Assembly: GCA_040954595.2 (NCBI GenBank)
Contig: CM082579.2
Location: 11,087,625-11,151,624, forward strand
Reading direction: 5' to 3'
DNA: 64,000 bases
Source: Balanoglossus misakiensis
Taxonomy: Eukaryota; Animalia; Hemichordata
This document shows, in pieces, positions 1 to 12,600 of the stretch. The translations under genes were made by a program, and so were the position numbers. Every line of letters begins with the position of its first letter. The stretch's first letter is position 1. Below the pieces are notes generated by a model. It was given only the letters and a program-made list of their open reading frames with translations, made no database searches and had not been told where the DNA came from.

Positions 1-269
1 TACTTAACACTATATTAGCATCAGATCAGATAATAGAGCTTGGGCCCGGACAATGCTGCTTGCAGCTTTAATTATACTTAGATTCGCATGCCTGTGTTAA
101 ACTCTACGGGAAAAAGTGCCATTACAACCAGGCAGTTGTTTTTACATATCACGTCCCGGCCCGGTTGCCCATATAAGGTTATCGGCGCGCATTTCTGAAC
201 TATTTTCATTCTCATTGCTACACGCGTTGCTTTAGTGCTAAAGGAAGAGGATTGCTTCACAAAACGTAG

Positions 270-370
270 CCAATAATCACGTGACACGTGTTGTTAAGTA
301 ACTAAATAATGAATTAGTCGGTTGGCACTACACGATCACCGTTCGTGTCGGTGCGAGTTGCTATGGTAAC
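270..370. promoter_or_regulatory. Promoter-like motif cluster: CCAAT, two E-boxes, RFX X-box
   Basis: CCAAT 270-274, TCACGTGA 277-284, CACGTG 285-290 and GTTGCTATGGTAAC 357-370 (X-box consensus), with locally high CpG density. Confidence 0.6.
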
Positions 371-568
371 AAATCAAGCAAATGTTTCGCTTCCTTTTTT
401 ATTTAGGCTTTGCCTCAGGAAAGGAAAGGATATATATACAAATAGGTGGAATTTTAATCTCTGGGATTAACAGAATAGCACAATAAATCATCTTGTGCTC
501 ACACAAAACTTTTGTCCCTTGTTAGTTTTCATAAAAAGGACTAGTACAACATTTTATATTATGTAAAC

Positions 569-574
569 TTTATT
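569..574 (-). terminator. Candidate distal poly(A) signal of MYCBP2 (other AATAAA at 1078-1083 and 1877-1882)
   Basis: AATAAA on the minus strand followed by T/GT-rich sequence, just before the next promoter-like region. Confidence 0.4.
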
Positions 575-1687
575 GACACCTGTATTTGAGTGAATATCAA
601 GTTTATCTGAAAAAAGGACCCCCTTGCAGAACACAAGACCGATAAGTTCATTGAAACTGTTGGTGTTGTGAACTGAATTAAGAATCCGATTTGTGATTGA
701 CTCAGAGATCAAAATGAAGAATTAATACATGAAGTACAAAATTGCCACAAAGGGTTTGCTGGCTGTACCTGAATATGTGTAATATGTCGAGAAAAATTCA
801 TTTTCAAGTTATTGAGAGAAGATGTACAAGCATAAATGTATTAGCATGACACATTGCAAGTAGTTGATACAACAGCCAATGACTGGACTATTAGGTAGTC
901 ACATGACAGCCAAGTGAAATCATCTATCGTTCATCAAATTCTAATAAACCAAGCTGACATGGCTGACAAGATTACAATACAATGTTACTTAACATGTTCA
1001 AACTTGGAGCTCTCACCACATGTTGAATTGCAAAATATGAAAACAGATGCAAGGATAGAATACTTTATATTGTACCCTTTATTTTCTCATCCATTTTATC
1101 AAAGAAAGGACAAAGCCTTTAGTTGCCATGAGATCATCAAGTTCACGGTTATATATGAAGCAATTCTTTCTTATACTCAAGATGTAACACAGACCTTCAG
1201 TAGGGCTGACTACTTGGAATATGGTTCATACAAGATGTAAACATGCATGTGATCGTATCTTCATGTTGAGAAGTTCAACATTTCTTCCAAATATTACTGC
1301 ACAGTGTTTTAATTTTAAAAGCTAAAGGATTAAAACATTTCTTGTCCATATTCAGACAAGGATCAAATGCAGATAATTTACATGCCAAAGTGTGGTTGTA
1401 GCTTGTACTATTGACAATAAAATATTAAGCAACATGCTGCATTTGGATTGAAGTCAGCAATGTAACACACAGTCATGATATATGTACATCCATCACACCA
1501 CTCGCGTGATACATTTATAATATTTCATATTCCGAAAACACTACACAGTATTTTTGATTACAAATGCAATCATTTTTTTAAATATTCATATTGTAGACTG
1601 AATTATTATCGACATTACATATACAGCCCAGGTTCCAATCATGTCATAGCAGACAAACACATCCACAATCACACTATGTAATATTTA

Positions 1688-1860
1688 GGGACTGGTCAGT
1701 TTCTACCGCCAAAGATGGGTGGAGTGCATTTGCTTTGGTCAGTTTCAACAGGTCACTAGCGTAGTCCTAGCCGTATTTTGTCCGCTTTGCTTCCAAAACT
1801 TAAGCCTAGCCTCACTCAAGTCACCCCCCCCCCCCCCGGCCACAGCAACTGACCACTCCC
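1688..1860. mobile_element. PIF/Harbinger-type MITE with TTA TSD, just downstream of the MYCBP2 stop
   Basis: TTA|GGGACTGGTCAGTT ... AACTGACCACTCCC|TTA; related copy at 63815-63987. Confidence 0.75.
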
Positions 1861-2065
1861 TTAATCAGGAATTACATTTATTACAACATGTTCAACAGAT
1901 ACACGATGACGATAGTAACAAATTGTGCATAGATAAATTACTTAGTTAACAATTCCATACTGTCATGCATTTAAACATCACTGCCTTTTTTTTAATCATT
2001 ACTGTCATAAACACTGCATTAAAAACATACATCAGATTCCATGACTAGCGTTTTGTCATGAGGTT

Positions 2066-5000
2066 TTAGAAGGTGTGTGCATTTCTGCAAATACCACAGC
2101 CTAATGCAAATTCTTCTCCAGTAGGTGGATGTTCAACATGAAGTGGACATTCATCTACATCAAGTCGTTTTGCTCGAGGACCTGAAATCAAAGAAAAACA
2201 TTGTTGAAAACAAAATTGTTGAAAATGAAAACATTGTTCTCCATTTCCATTAGAATTTATACTCTAAACTGAAATATAGGTTCATCAGTTAGAGCTGGAC
2301 TCAGACTAATAATCAATGGAACAAGACCTTTCTGAAACATGGAGCCCAGTGTTTTCTTCACAGAAATCACAAAAAAGTTATGTGATGTGTTGTAAGGATG
2401 TGGTTGGATACTGCTAACAGCAGCTGTTAGTTTTTTTTTAGCTTGGACACTTCAGTGATTTGTGCGGTACTACATTTTATCATTATTGACCTCACTGACA
2501 TGACAGACATTGGGTATTAAAGCGGGTAGCTCGTCTCACGCGCATGCGCGTAACTTCCCAACAAATTTTCCGTTCGATGCATTCAAATATTGGACTTCCT
2601 TCGCTTCCTTCCCTATTTCATGCACACCGTATAAGTAGATTCTGGTTTTGTCCCTCCTTTTCACCCAAGCTAGTGTCTTTTCCCGATCTCCGACACAGAG
2701 TATGGTCGCCGCCATCTTCTCTGTTGTAAGGACAGAGCACTGCCTTATGGGATTGACTGTTCACTAAATGTCTGTAACCAGCGGCTACAGTTGGAACATG
2801 CGTGTGAGATGAGCTACGCGCTTTAAAAAGGGATTCAAATGTTCTATGTGAACTCACCTGCTGGACAATGAGGTAAGTCACCTTTGGGAACACTGGTAAC
2901 TCGTTGGAAGTCATCATGACAAGAATTACAGAAATGAGTTGTACCAAAACAGAAGAATACAGCCACTGAACAACAGTATCGACACTTGTATTCCAAGTAA
3001 TCAGTACCATGCTTGGGACACATCTGAAAGCAAAACAATTGGGCTGGATTAATCAATACATATACACTTGTACATTTACAAGTGTATATAAACGGTGTCT
3101 TGTACCAAACATAAGAGAGAGAGACTTTGTCCCTTTAATTAAAATTTCTACTGTAAAACACTTTATTTTCGCAAGTTAAATTTTTCGCGATATTGAGAGA
3201 GGCCACTGTTTCGAGAGTATTAATTTTCGCGTTCTCTTATTCCATTCACTGCATCGTTATCTTCAAAAAAATTTACGCGATTTTTTATTTTCACGCTATT
3301 TTGGTTCTCGCGTAGTTCGCGAAAATTTATTGCTCGCGAAAATAAAGTGTTTTACAGTATTTACCTGTGCTCTAGAGACATCCGAACAGGCACCACAAAC
3401 CAATTCTGTTGGATCATATTCATCAGCAATATCAGCTTCTTGATCACAACGCGCCTCTCCTCCATAATATGCCTAATAGATGAGTTTACGATGCACAGCA
3501 TTAATGAAAGAACATACAGCATGAATGTCAACAAATGGCTCTCATGATCATTGTCAATGTCAGATTATTACAAGTATCATAATGAGAAGGGGGCACAGTG
3601 GTTTTTAAGCCAATAGTGTCACACACTGGTCCACAGATGCCAGACAAGACATTAGTCACCATTTGGGAAAACTCTGTAAATATTATTGTTTCTATTGTAC
3701 AATCTTAAAATTCACTGATTGTTCTGAAAAGCAAATTAGACGCTTCTAAAGAAGTGACATGAGGGCAAGCATCATAGAAGAATTGTAATATTATTTTTTG
3801 CCTCATAATTGAATATTGACTGAGAAACGTACCTTTTTACATTTAAAACAGACATAATATGCATATCTGTTCATGGCAAAACCTGTTGGATCATTGTAAA
3901 ATCTAGCACCTCGAGTTGTTATGGCTTCACATTTATGTAAACCTTCATATTCTAATCTCATGACAGCTTTCCTCTGAACATCCTCTTCTAAGGTCCGTAA
4001 GGGAGCAAGTAAGTCTCTCAGAACAGTTTGTTCTATATCAATCTGGGAAAAAATAATGTAAAATTTTGAACATTTCATAGCTGTTTTAGTGGGAGTGGGA
4101 AATCAACATTTGCAGCAGCTGGTGTATAGTGTGTACTGTGGTGGCTGTGGCAATGCTTACTTGGAATTGATCCAGAAACAGTCACTACGTTAAAGTCATT
4201 TTACAAGACACGCCTTTTATGAGTGACAGTATGTGCCGAAAAGAGGGTGCGACTTATAATACCGATGTTCTGTTGTTTCCATTTTCTGAAAATCTCCTAA
4301 CACACAAGTCTTTCAAAGAACGGGTGCGACTTATAAAATGACTTTAACGGTATCAATAAATTGAAAGAAAGAAAGAATGACACATCATCCATGATGCCTT
4401 CCTTCAATTCTATATACCAGACCACAGAATGTGATAACTGTGCATTATCTTTTACATTTGAACTTGACTGGATAATGGATACTGTTCTGACATGTCTCCT
4501 TGATACAATCAAAGGAAGACGAGATTTATACAAGTTTTACTCACCTTACAGATTGGGCATTGAGAAAATCCAAATGTAATTCTTGGTCCAATCCACCGTT
4601 TCTCCAGAATGTATCGACAACAATGTAAATGAAACATGTGGGTGCATTCCAGCTGTCACCAAGAATAAATAGAACCTCATTTAAAACTTAGGCATTTACA
4701 GCTCTAAATGATAATTTTGACTGATGTTTTGATATGAGGTACATTGAATCAAACATGTTACATGTGTGTGAGTCCATTCTTGAGTACACGATGTTGAATC
4801 TGTGTAATAATGCATGTTTCATCAAAAACTATAATTCTTCGGGTAATTATTCCAGGAAATTGCAAGAATAGTGGACTGTCCTGATAAACAGTTTGCAGGT
4901 AATGTTATCTTTATCAATAGATGTATGCAATCATAAGAACATGGTGTACACATATATTTGGACAGTGACTACAGTTAAAATAATCAAGTTCATGCAGGCA

Positions 5001-6622
5001 AGGATGTAAACTAGTAAAACCAACAATGTGACTTCTCCTCACCTGTATTGCTGGTGCAGCCGACAGGGCCTCTGTGAAACATATCATGCACATATCATCT
5101 GCATCTTGTTTCAAGAAAGTGCTACTGTTCTTGTTATCACAACCGTACAGACATGGTAAACACTTCTCTTCATCTTTGATACCACCACATGCATGTCCGC
5201 ATGGATGACTTTTACTGCAGGCATTCTCTGCATGTTTCTGGACAATTACAAAATGAAGAATAAAGGTTAAAGGCCCTTCTCAACAGTGGGTCAAATCTTT
5301 TGTTTCCAATAAACAGTTACGTGCTAACACAAAGGATTTCTTATTTGCCTTCATTGTTCTGCCCTGGGATCGAGAAAATGGCCTAGTTTAAAGGGACAAA
5401 GTCTCTCTCTCTCGCAGGCCTTTTTCCATTAATTATGTTTGATACAAGACACCGTTTATGTTATTCTACATGTGAATATATAGTGAATCAACATTCAACG
5501 ACACACAACTTCCATCGCTCTTGTATGATATGAGAGTAAATATCTCGCCGAAATGAATAAATGGTAAACACCAATTATTCATTTTGGCAAGTTTTTCACT
5601 CTTGTGTACAAGTGGGATGGACATTGTATGTGGTGTAAAAGGGATGACAACTTACGTGACAGTCAGGATCAGAACAGACATATCCCACTGACAACAAGCC
5701 TGTATTGCACGTACTGCCACAAAACCTACAGGCACTTGAACTGGCACTACCACTAGTTTTCCCTACAAGACAAAAAAAACACAAACTATATCTGTTATGT
5801 CTTGTTTTTGCACTGTACTGTTTTGTTTCAACAACATGCTCATATTACTTTTTATCTAACTGAACAGTTCATTCAATTTCTGTGTAGTTTACAGATGGAC
5901 CACTATGATGAAATTTGCAGCCTACATAAGTGGCGTTCACACATGGATCATTGAAATGTTTCTGAAACGTCTCAGTTCAATTACTGGCATGAAATATTTT
6001 GTGTGAACGGTTTAAATGGTCAGATTTGAGATGGTTTTGCCAGCCAGACCTAAGCTGGTGTAAAGGAATAACACCTCTTTATTTCCAAGCAATCTTTAAC
6101 AAAAAAAAACAACCCACAAGATTTATATTGAGCTTATTGGAATTTCCATAGCAAAACTTCTGAAGTATTGAACAGCATGTATCCCATAACAATATATTTA
6201 ATTACAACAACAAAAAATGCATTGAATACTGACTATTGCCTGCTTCTTTGAATTCCACCATTGCTTTCAGGGTCATACTATCAGCTAGTGTCATCACCCA
6301 GAATAGTTTGGTTCTACCACAACCTTCGTGTAAATCAACTTTGATGGATTCCTCTTCCTCTTTGAAAACCTACAATGAAATCAAGAAAATAGTTGTTATT
6401 TCAATGTTGAATTCACAATAGCTTGTTCCTTTTCAATAACTCTTCAAAGTCCACCAAAAAAAGTTAACGATATGAAATACTTATTACTCGTACCTGTCTT
6501 TGATGTGATTTTGTTCGCCGGTGTAAATGTAAAAATCTGTCACAGTCTGCGCAGAGATTCCCGCATTGATTACACAGTATTATGGCTGATGTCTCGCCAT
6601 CATCATGGTTGTCACACATTGG
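2066..6622 (-). CDS. MYCBP2: MYCBP2 C-terminal B-box, RING-H2 and tandem-cysteine (RING-Cys-relay) exons 65-73
   Basis: [12 protein letters not shown] (B-box), [26 protein letters not shown] (RING), GGEARCDQ and [11 protein letters not shown] (relay cysteines). Stop TAA at 2066-2068. Confidence 0.96.
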
Positions 6623-9600
6623 CTGTAAAAAATAACATCAAACATTAACATCAGTTTCAAACATTTGACCCATAGCACTCAAAGCAGATGCACACAAGAA
6701 GAAGAAAACTGAGATGAGATCAGATGTGACATTGCACCGGCACACCAGTGAGACCAAAAAGGCAGACTATCTAAAGCTTTTCTTTCTGGGTTGGGCTGGC
6801 AAATGGAAGAAAACCCAATTAAGTTGGGAAAAGGGATGAGAATTAATATAAGGTGCAGAAATTCATGTCATAATGTTAACAAACAGAATACCGGTCAGTT
6901 TTGTATGACATGGAGAAGATCATAACACTGTAATCAAAACACAGAATAAAATACTGAAAAGCCCTACAAGTTACTGCTAGAGGGAGCATCCATATCTCAA
7001 TGAATGTTATAAGCCAAGATGCACTCCACATGAATGAAAGCAATGAAATATAGCTGAAAGATAGACTACCTTGTGTTTACTCTGGTGTCCTTCAGAGCCA
7101 ACCCACTGACCAGACGATAACCTGTCCACATGGTCTTGATCCAATACACACAATGAGGCCAGTGACAACCAAATCTGTGAAAATATAACAATCAAGTCTA
7201 CTTTAATATCTATTCATCATTAAATATAAAAGAAGTTATTGCATGTATTAACACTATGAAATAAATTAAAAGGTTGTAACATACACCTGACATTATTTGA
7301 GGACAGTAAATATTGTGTAGTCAACTTAATATTTACACACATTTGATAACAATTACAATTTCTTCCTTATTGCATTGACATTCATTTCTTCATTTCAAGA
7401 CACAAGAGAAAGTGCATTGATAAGATTGACGACTTACTGTGTGTGTCTTCATACATTCCGTTGGTACACGCTTACTTTCTTCTAACTTAGTCAATGCTAA
7501 TACAGCTTCTGCTACTGCTCCCTTGGTGACATTGGACCAAGCCTCTGATAACAAACCCTAGAAAGACAGAATATAGACCCCTCTTTAGTCATGATGTATG
7601 ACGGACAAATGGTGACACAGTACATTTTATTTTGGATAGATACAGTGGCAGTTATCATCTTGAACTCTTTTGTGGTGGAACCTAAATATGTCAACCTTTA
7701 TCAACCATTCATGACCAGATCACAAAATTATTGTCTCGTTTTTAGTTCTATTTTTGACTTTCATAATCACCCTGCAAAATACTGAACAAGAGAGTCAATT
7801 GGCTCAAATTTGACAACCACTGCAACTCAACAATTTGGGCAGAGAATGGACATTTTTCCGTGATACCGATGCATCAATTTGGTCAGAAATGTACAAGTAA
7901 ATTAATTTTGTGAAACAGTTGAATATAGCAGTACACTAAAAATAAATGTATCAATATTTTGTTAGGGCCATGAAGGAAGACTAGTTCTGATGAACTATAC
8001 TTCATGGTCCCCACCAATTGAAAAAAAAAATTATGAAATGTAAACATATCGTATGGTGAAAATAAATAATTATTATTATTATGTGTGTGAGTTGACGTCT
8101 AAGTAATCAATAGCGTGTATGGTGAACATGTGTGGGTGGGACCGACCGTTTACATATATCACGTTTAAACGTGACAGTCGGTTATTCGGGATAATTTCTC
8201 TGCGCCCATGGTGTCCCGATTAAACAGCGGCGACTGTACACGCATGCAATGTGACCGGAATCAATTTGGCATTAAGCCAAACTTACTGCAGACATATCCT
8301 TGAGTAGTTTAATGATGACATCAGCAATATTCTGTGACATACTTCCCTTCAACCACCATCTTTTACTTTCACTCTTCTTACTCAGCTTTTCATCAACACT
8401 AAAAAAATAAATTAAGTCATCAAATGCTGACAATTAATAATGATAATTACAATTTATTTTGATCATTACCATCATTATTGTTCAAAAGCATAGTACTGTG
8501 TAATTAACCATCTGACGAGTTTGATGTCAAAGGTCACAAATCTGAAACTTAATTACACCCTCACAATTAACCATCTGACATTTCTACATCTGAATACATA
8601 AATCTGAAAATGAAATGCATTAAAAGAAGTCCTATAAGAATATGACTTGCCTGGGGTTTAGCATTGTAGCTACTGTGAGGGTAGAGACAGCTCGACCACC
8701 TAACATACCAGAAGCTCCACCACCACCTTTGACCTTGGTTTGCACAGTCAAGGCTTTGGAAATACAGGCCAGTAACATGTCCAATATCCCCACTGTGTCT
8801 TCACTGTAACACTGTGATTTGCTAGACTGGGTTAAAATACTTAAATCTGTTGATGGTAGTGATGTTATTGCCAGGATGCTGGAAAACCTCTGAGGGGAAA
8901 TCTCCGGAAGGATTCGGCGTAGTATGGAGGCAACCTGTACAGAAGAAGGTAGCACGATCTTATTGAAAATCATAATGTAATGAGTTCCTTCTATAAACTG
9001 AAGATAGAATATTGCAAGAAAGTAAACCATGATTTCCCTGATTGCATGTTATTCTACATGTGGATAGTGAATCAAGGTTTGACCACACACAACTTCCATT
9101 CTGTTTGTAGGATATGACAGTAAAAATCGAGCCAAAATGAATAAATGGTAAACACCGATTATTCATTTTGGCGAGTTTTTCACTCTCGTGTCTACAAGTG
9201 GGATGGAAGTTGTGTGTGGTCGAATGTTGATTCACTATATATTCACATGTTCATTAACATAAAGGGTGTCTAGTATTTCTTGTATACAAAGTTTTTGTAT
9301 CAATACACACAAGTATAGAAAGCTGATTTACCTGTCGTTGTACCCTGGGTGATCCAGTATGAAGCAGGGTGAGGACATCTTGTATAAGGGTCACCTGTTG
9401 TGCTATATAGGCTCTGCCAACACTGGACCCACTCAATGCAAGAACCATGGAGAGCAATTCAAAGCAGTAGGCATCTGATGTTGTTATGACTGCTAGATTC
9501 TCTTTGTTTTCTCCCACTAGTAGACTACTTTCCCATTCTTCTCTCACTCTACACGTCTCTTTTCTGATGGCTTGCACAATGTGAGAACACACCTTGAATA

Positions 9601-12600
9601 AAGTTGTTCACAAAAAGAAAAAAATAATCAGTGTCTTACAGGTGAAAATGAGCTATAATTAAATTGTCTTGAAACTCATCACTGTTCTGCAATTCACCTA
9701 GTCTGTATTATAAAAGAACTCTTGAATTAATAGGATTAACTGCAAAAATTCCCCCAAATATGCAAATAAGCTTCTATTATGGCACAGCGAAATGTCTCAT
9801 GACAGCTTAATCTCTCAGACCAATAGATTGTTTCATCAAATTTGGTGCAGTAATTCTCTGTATATGACAATGCTGTCATGGTACTCTCCATAGACAACCA
9901 TTATGAGAAATAATTGATCTTTGAAAACTTCCTCAATATGCAAGTCACACTCACCAAAATCTGATCAGTTATTGCCACTTTGAACCTGAGCTTAATACAC
10001 ATGTATCATGTTAACAGACACACATACATACATACATACATACATACATACATACATACATACACATACAGACAGACAGACAGACCCTATGTGCAGCATG
10101 GCTCTAGAACAAACAACCCAATCTAACCATGTCTGATTTTCGTCATAAGAAGGAAGTACAGGCTTACAGCAAGCAAACTACCGACTGACCTCACCCAGCA
10201 TGATCTAATATGATCAACATAGCTCACAAACACACAATAACATTGCAGTATTATCTAAAGTAAATTCTTACCTGTTTCTGGAGATGAGTTAATTTACTTC
10301 TGCTGAAGAGTATACCGACCATATGTTCTCTCAGATCACAGTCATTCAAACCCTAAAATGTGTAACACGGTAAATGTAATACTAGTAAAAAAGTCAGAAA
10401 AACAATGATGAGATGGTTGGGTTCTGGCCTTACAATGACGTTTACTGTAAGAATAACATTGTATATATGATACCCCAAAATGTAAATATAAAATATTAAA
10501 GGTTACCTTATCACTCTTTTTATTCTTGTCTGTGTCTATGCCATCTACATCATCCTCATCAGCAATCAATCGACCAAACACTTGTGATGTCAACAGTCGA
10601 AACACTTTCAACGTTTCTGCTTCACAGTCCCTTTGTTGTTTTAACACAGTGGAAATGCTTGGTCCAACGTTAATATTACTGTCATCCAGTTTACCCAGTA
10701 GTTTGACCTGGCGAACTCTGAGGCTATTATCAGGGCCTTTCAAATCAATTTTGATGATTTTATTGTTATGCGCAGGAACACTCCATGTAACCCATCCACT
10801 GTGTCTTGATTCAATCTCTGTCTGTATAATAGAAATAAAAAAATTCAATATGCAACTGTGCTGGGCATAACCACAAACTTTATATTATCTTTCATAGAAG
10901 TCGCTTGAGTACACCTGGTCAGTTATAAACGTCATTTATTTTTCATTCAGACTGCATTGACATCACAACAGGGAAATGCAATGTAGCATATCAGTTACAC
11001 ACCACAGCCTACAATACCGCCCTTCGCCAAATCACATAATTTTATCATTATTTCATAGTGTAGACTTTTCATTGAAAAACAACACACAGTTTACAGTATT
11101 CACTTTTTTCAGTAGCCATGGTGTTATGTCATCACTCTACGAAATATGAGAAACAGTTATTGAAGAATTTACCAAGAACTGTTGTGTACGCCAAATGACA
11201 TACAACAGAGTGATCACAGAAGTCCATTAGTCCAAAGAAATAAGAATCACCCTAGCATGGTTTTTCGGTATGTTAACACTTTATGAGAATACCTCTCCTT
11301 TGATTTCTAATGTGCACTGCCACAATGACTGTGTGGTAATGGTCTGCATAAATTCCAAATGAAAATCTCATATGACAATCTAACTGACTAAAACTATGGG
11401 GCATTTGAGTCTCTCCCGAAACATTCTGCATCATGCTTGTCCATAACTGCTTCTGTAATTATTAAAATATGTTATCCATATCTAAAGACTCACCTGTTTG
11501 CATTTTTTCAGATCATCTGTACTACTGCCAACATTGAATGTAACATTGGTGACTTTATTCTGAAAAAGCAAATACATATAAATGTTTGATGAAGTTGATA
11601 GAATCAATGATGTGAAGTGAAGGAACTGACTATTAAGAATCAAGTCAAAACAAGTCACAGCCAGTGACATAGTCCCCACTGGATCAACTTTTTCAGAAGA
11701 AATAGTTTCTAGGACACTCATCCCATTTGATCAGAATTGTTACAGAGACATTAAAAAGTGACATATCAGTTCTAGTTGGACTAGTACTAAACTATCAAAC
11801 ACACACTTTCCAAACTTACTCCAAGATCTCTGGAATTATCAATGTGTATTGCTACGATGATAGGGGACATCATATCACTGCATGTCATAGTGATAGCTTT
11901 GGTCTTGTTTCTGTCCTCATCTCCAGACTCCCAAAATGTCTCTGTTGATCCGTCTGTAAGACTTTGTAACATGGCAGCCCTGCTGGATACTTGGATATCT
12001 GCAATTGATGTTATGTCTTGTGGACAACTCACATTCACAGCAGGCTGTAAACAATCAAAAAGTGTATACAGTACAATAACATATCATGAAAAAAGTGTAA
12101 AGGACACACGCTGACTATAAACATGTAGGTCTATCAGCTGTTATAGTTGGATTAATGCTACAACTCTATAAGCAGTGACTTATATATGATGTCAGTATTT
12201 AGATATTATCAAAACAAAACTTGTAATGCACCATATATGCATAAAAAGTAAATGCATGACTAACACATCTGTGTGCAGGTGGTAGCAATATTTGATATTT
12301 ACTGCAATTCAGTTTTGATTAAAATAATTCATGATTTAATGATCATGTCCATCTAACCTTCAACATAAATTCAACCTAATACTATCATGAGCAACTTACC
12401 ATCCCCAAATTTTATGGAATTTCACGAAGCAAATTTTGATACATGGTCTAACTATTGTAACAATTATCTGGCAAAATGTCAACAAGGCGGTTTAGAATAT
12501 GCCATGTCCAACAAAACTTCACCATGATTTTACATTTTACTGGTTCATTTTTACTGGTTACTTTGATATACTGATACTAAATAATAATTTCGGAAAACTG

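Noticed and set aside
914-1240. 108-aa plus-strand ORF
   Set aside because: GTG start, no recognisable motif, and it lies antisense in the AT-rich putative MYCBP2 3' UTR.
8960-9235. Recurrent small ORFs '[27 protein letters not shown]' (also 23366, 33595, 40839, 42113) that look like a peptide family
   Set aside because: They are translations of MITE family B copies with inconsistent starts and stops; there is no evidence of coding.
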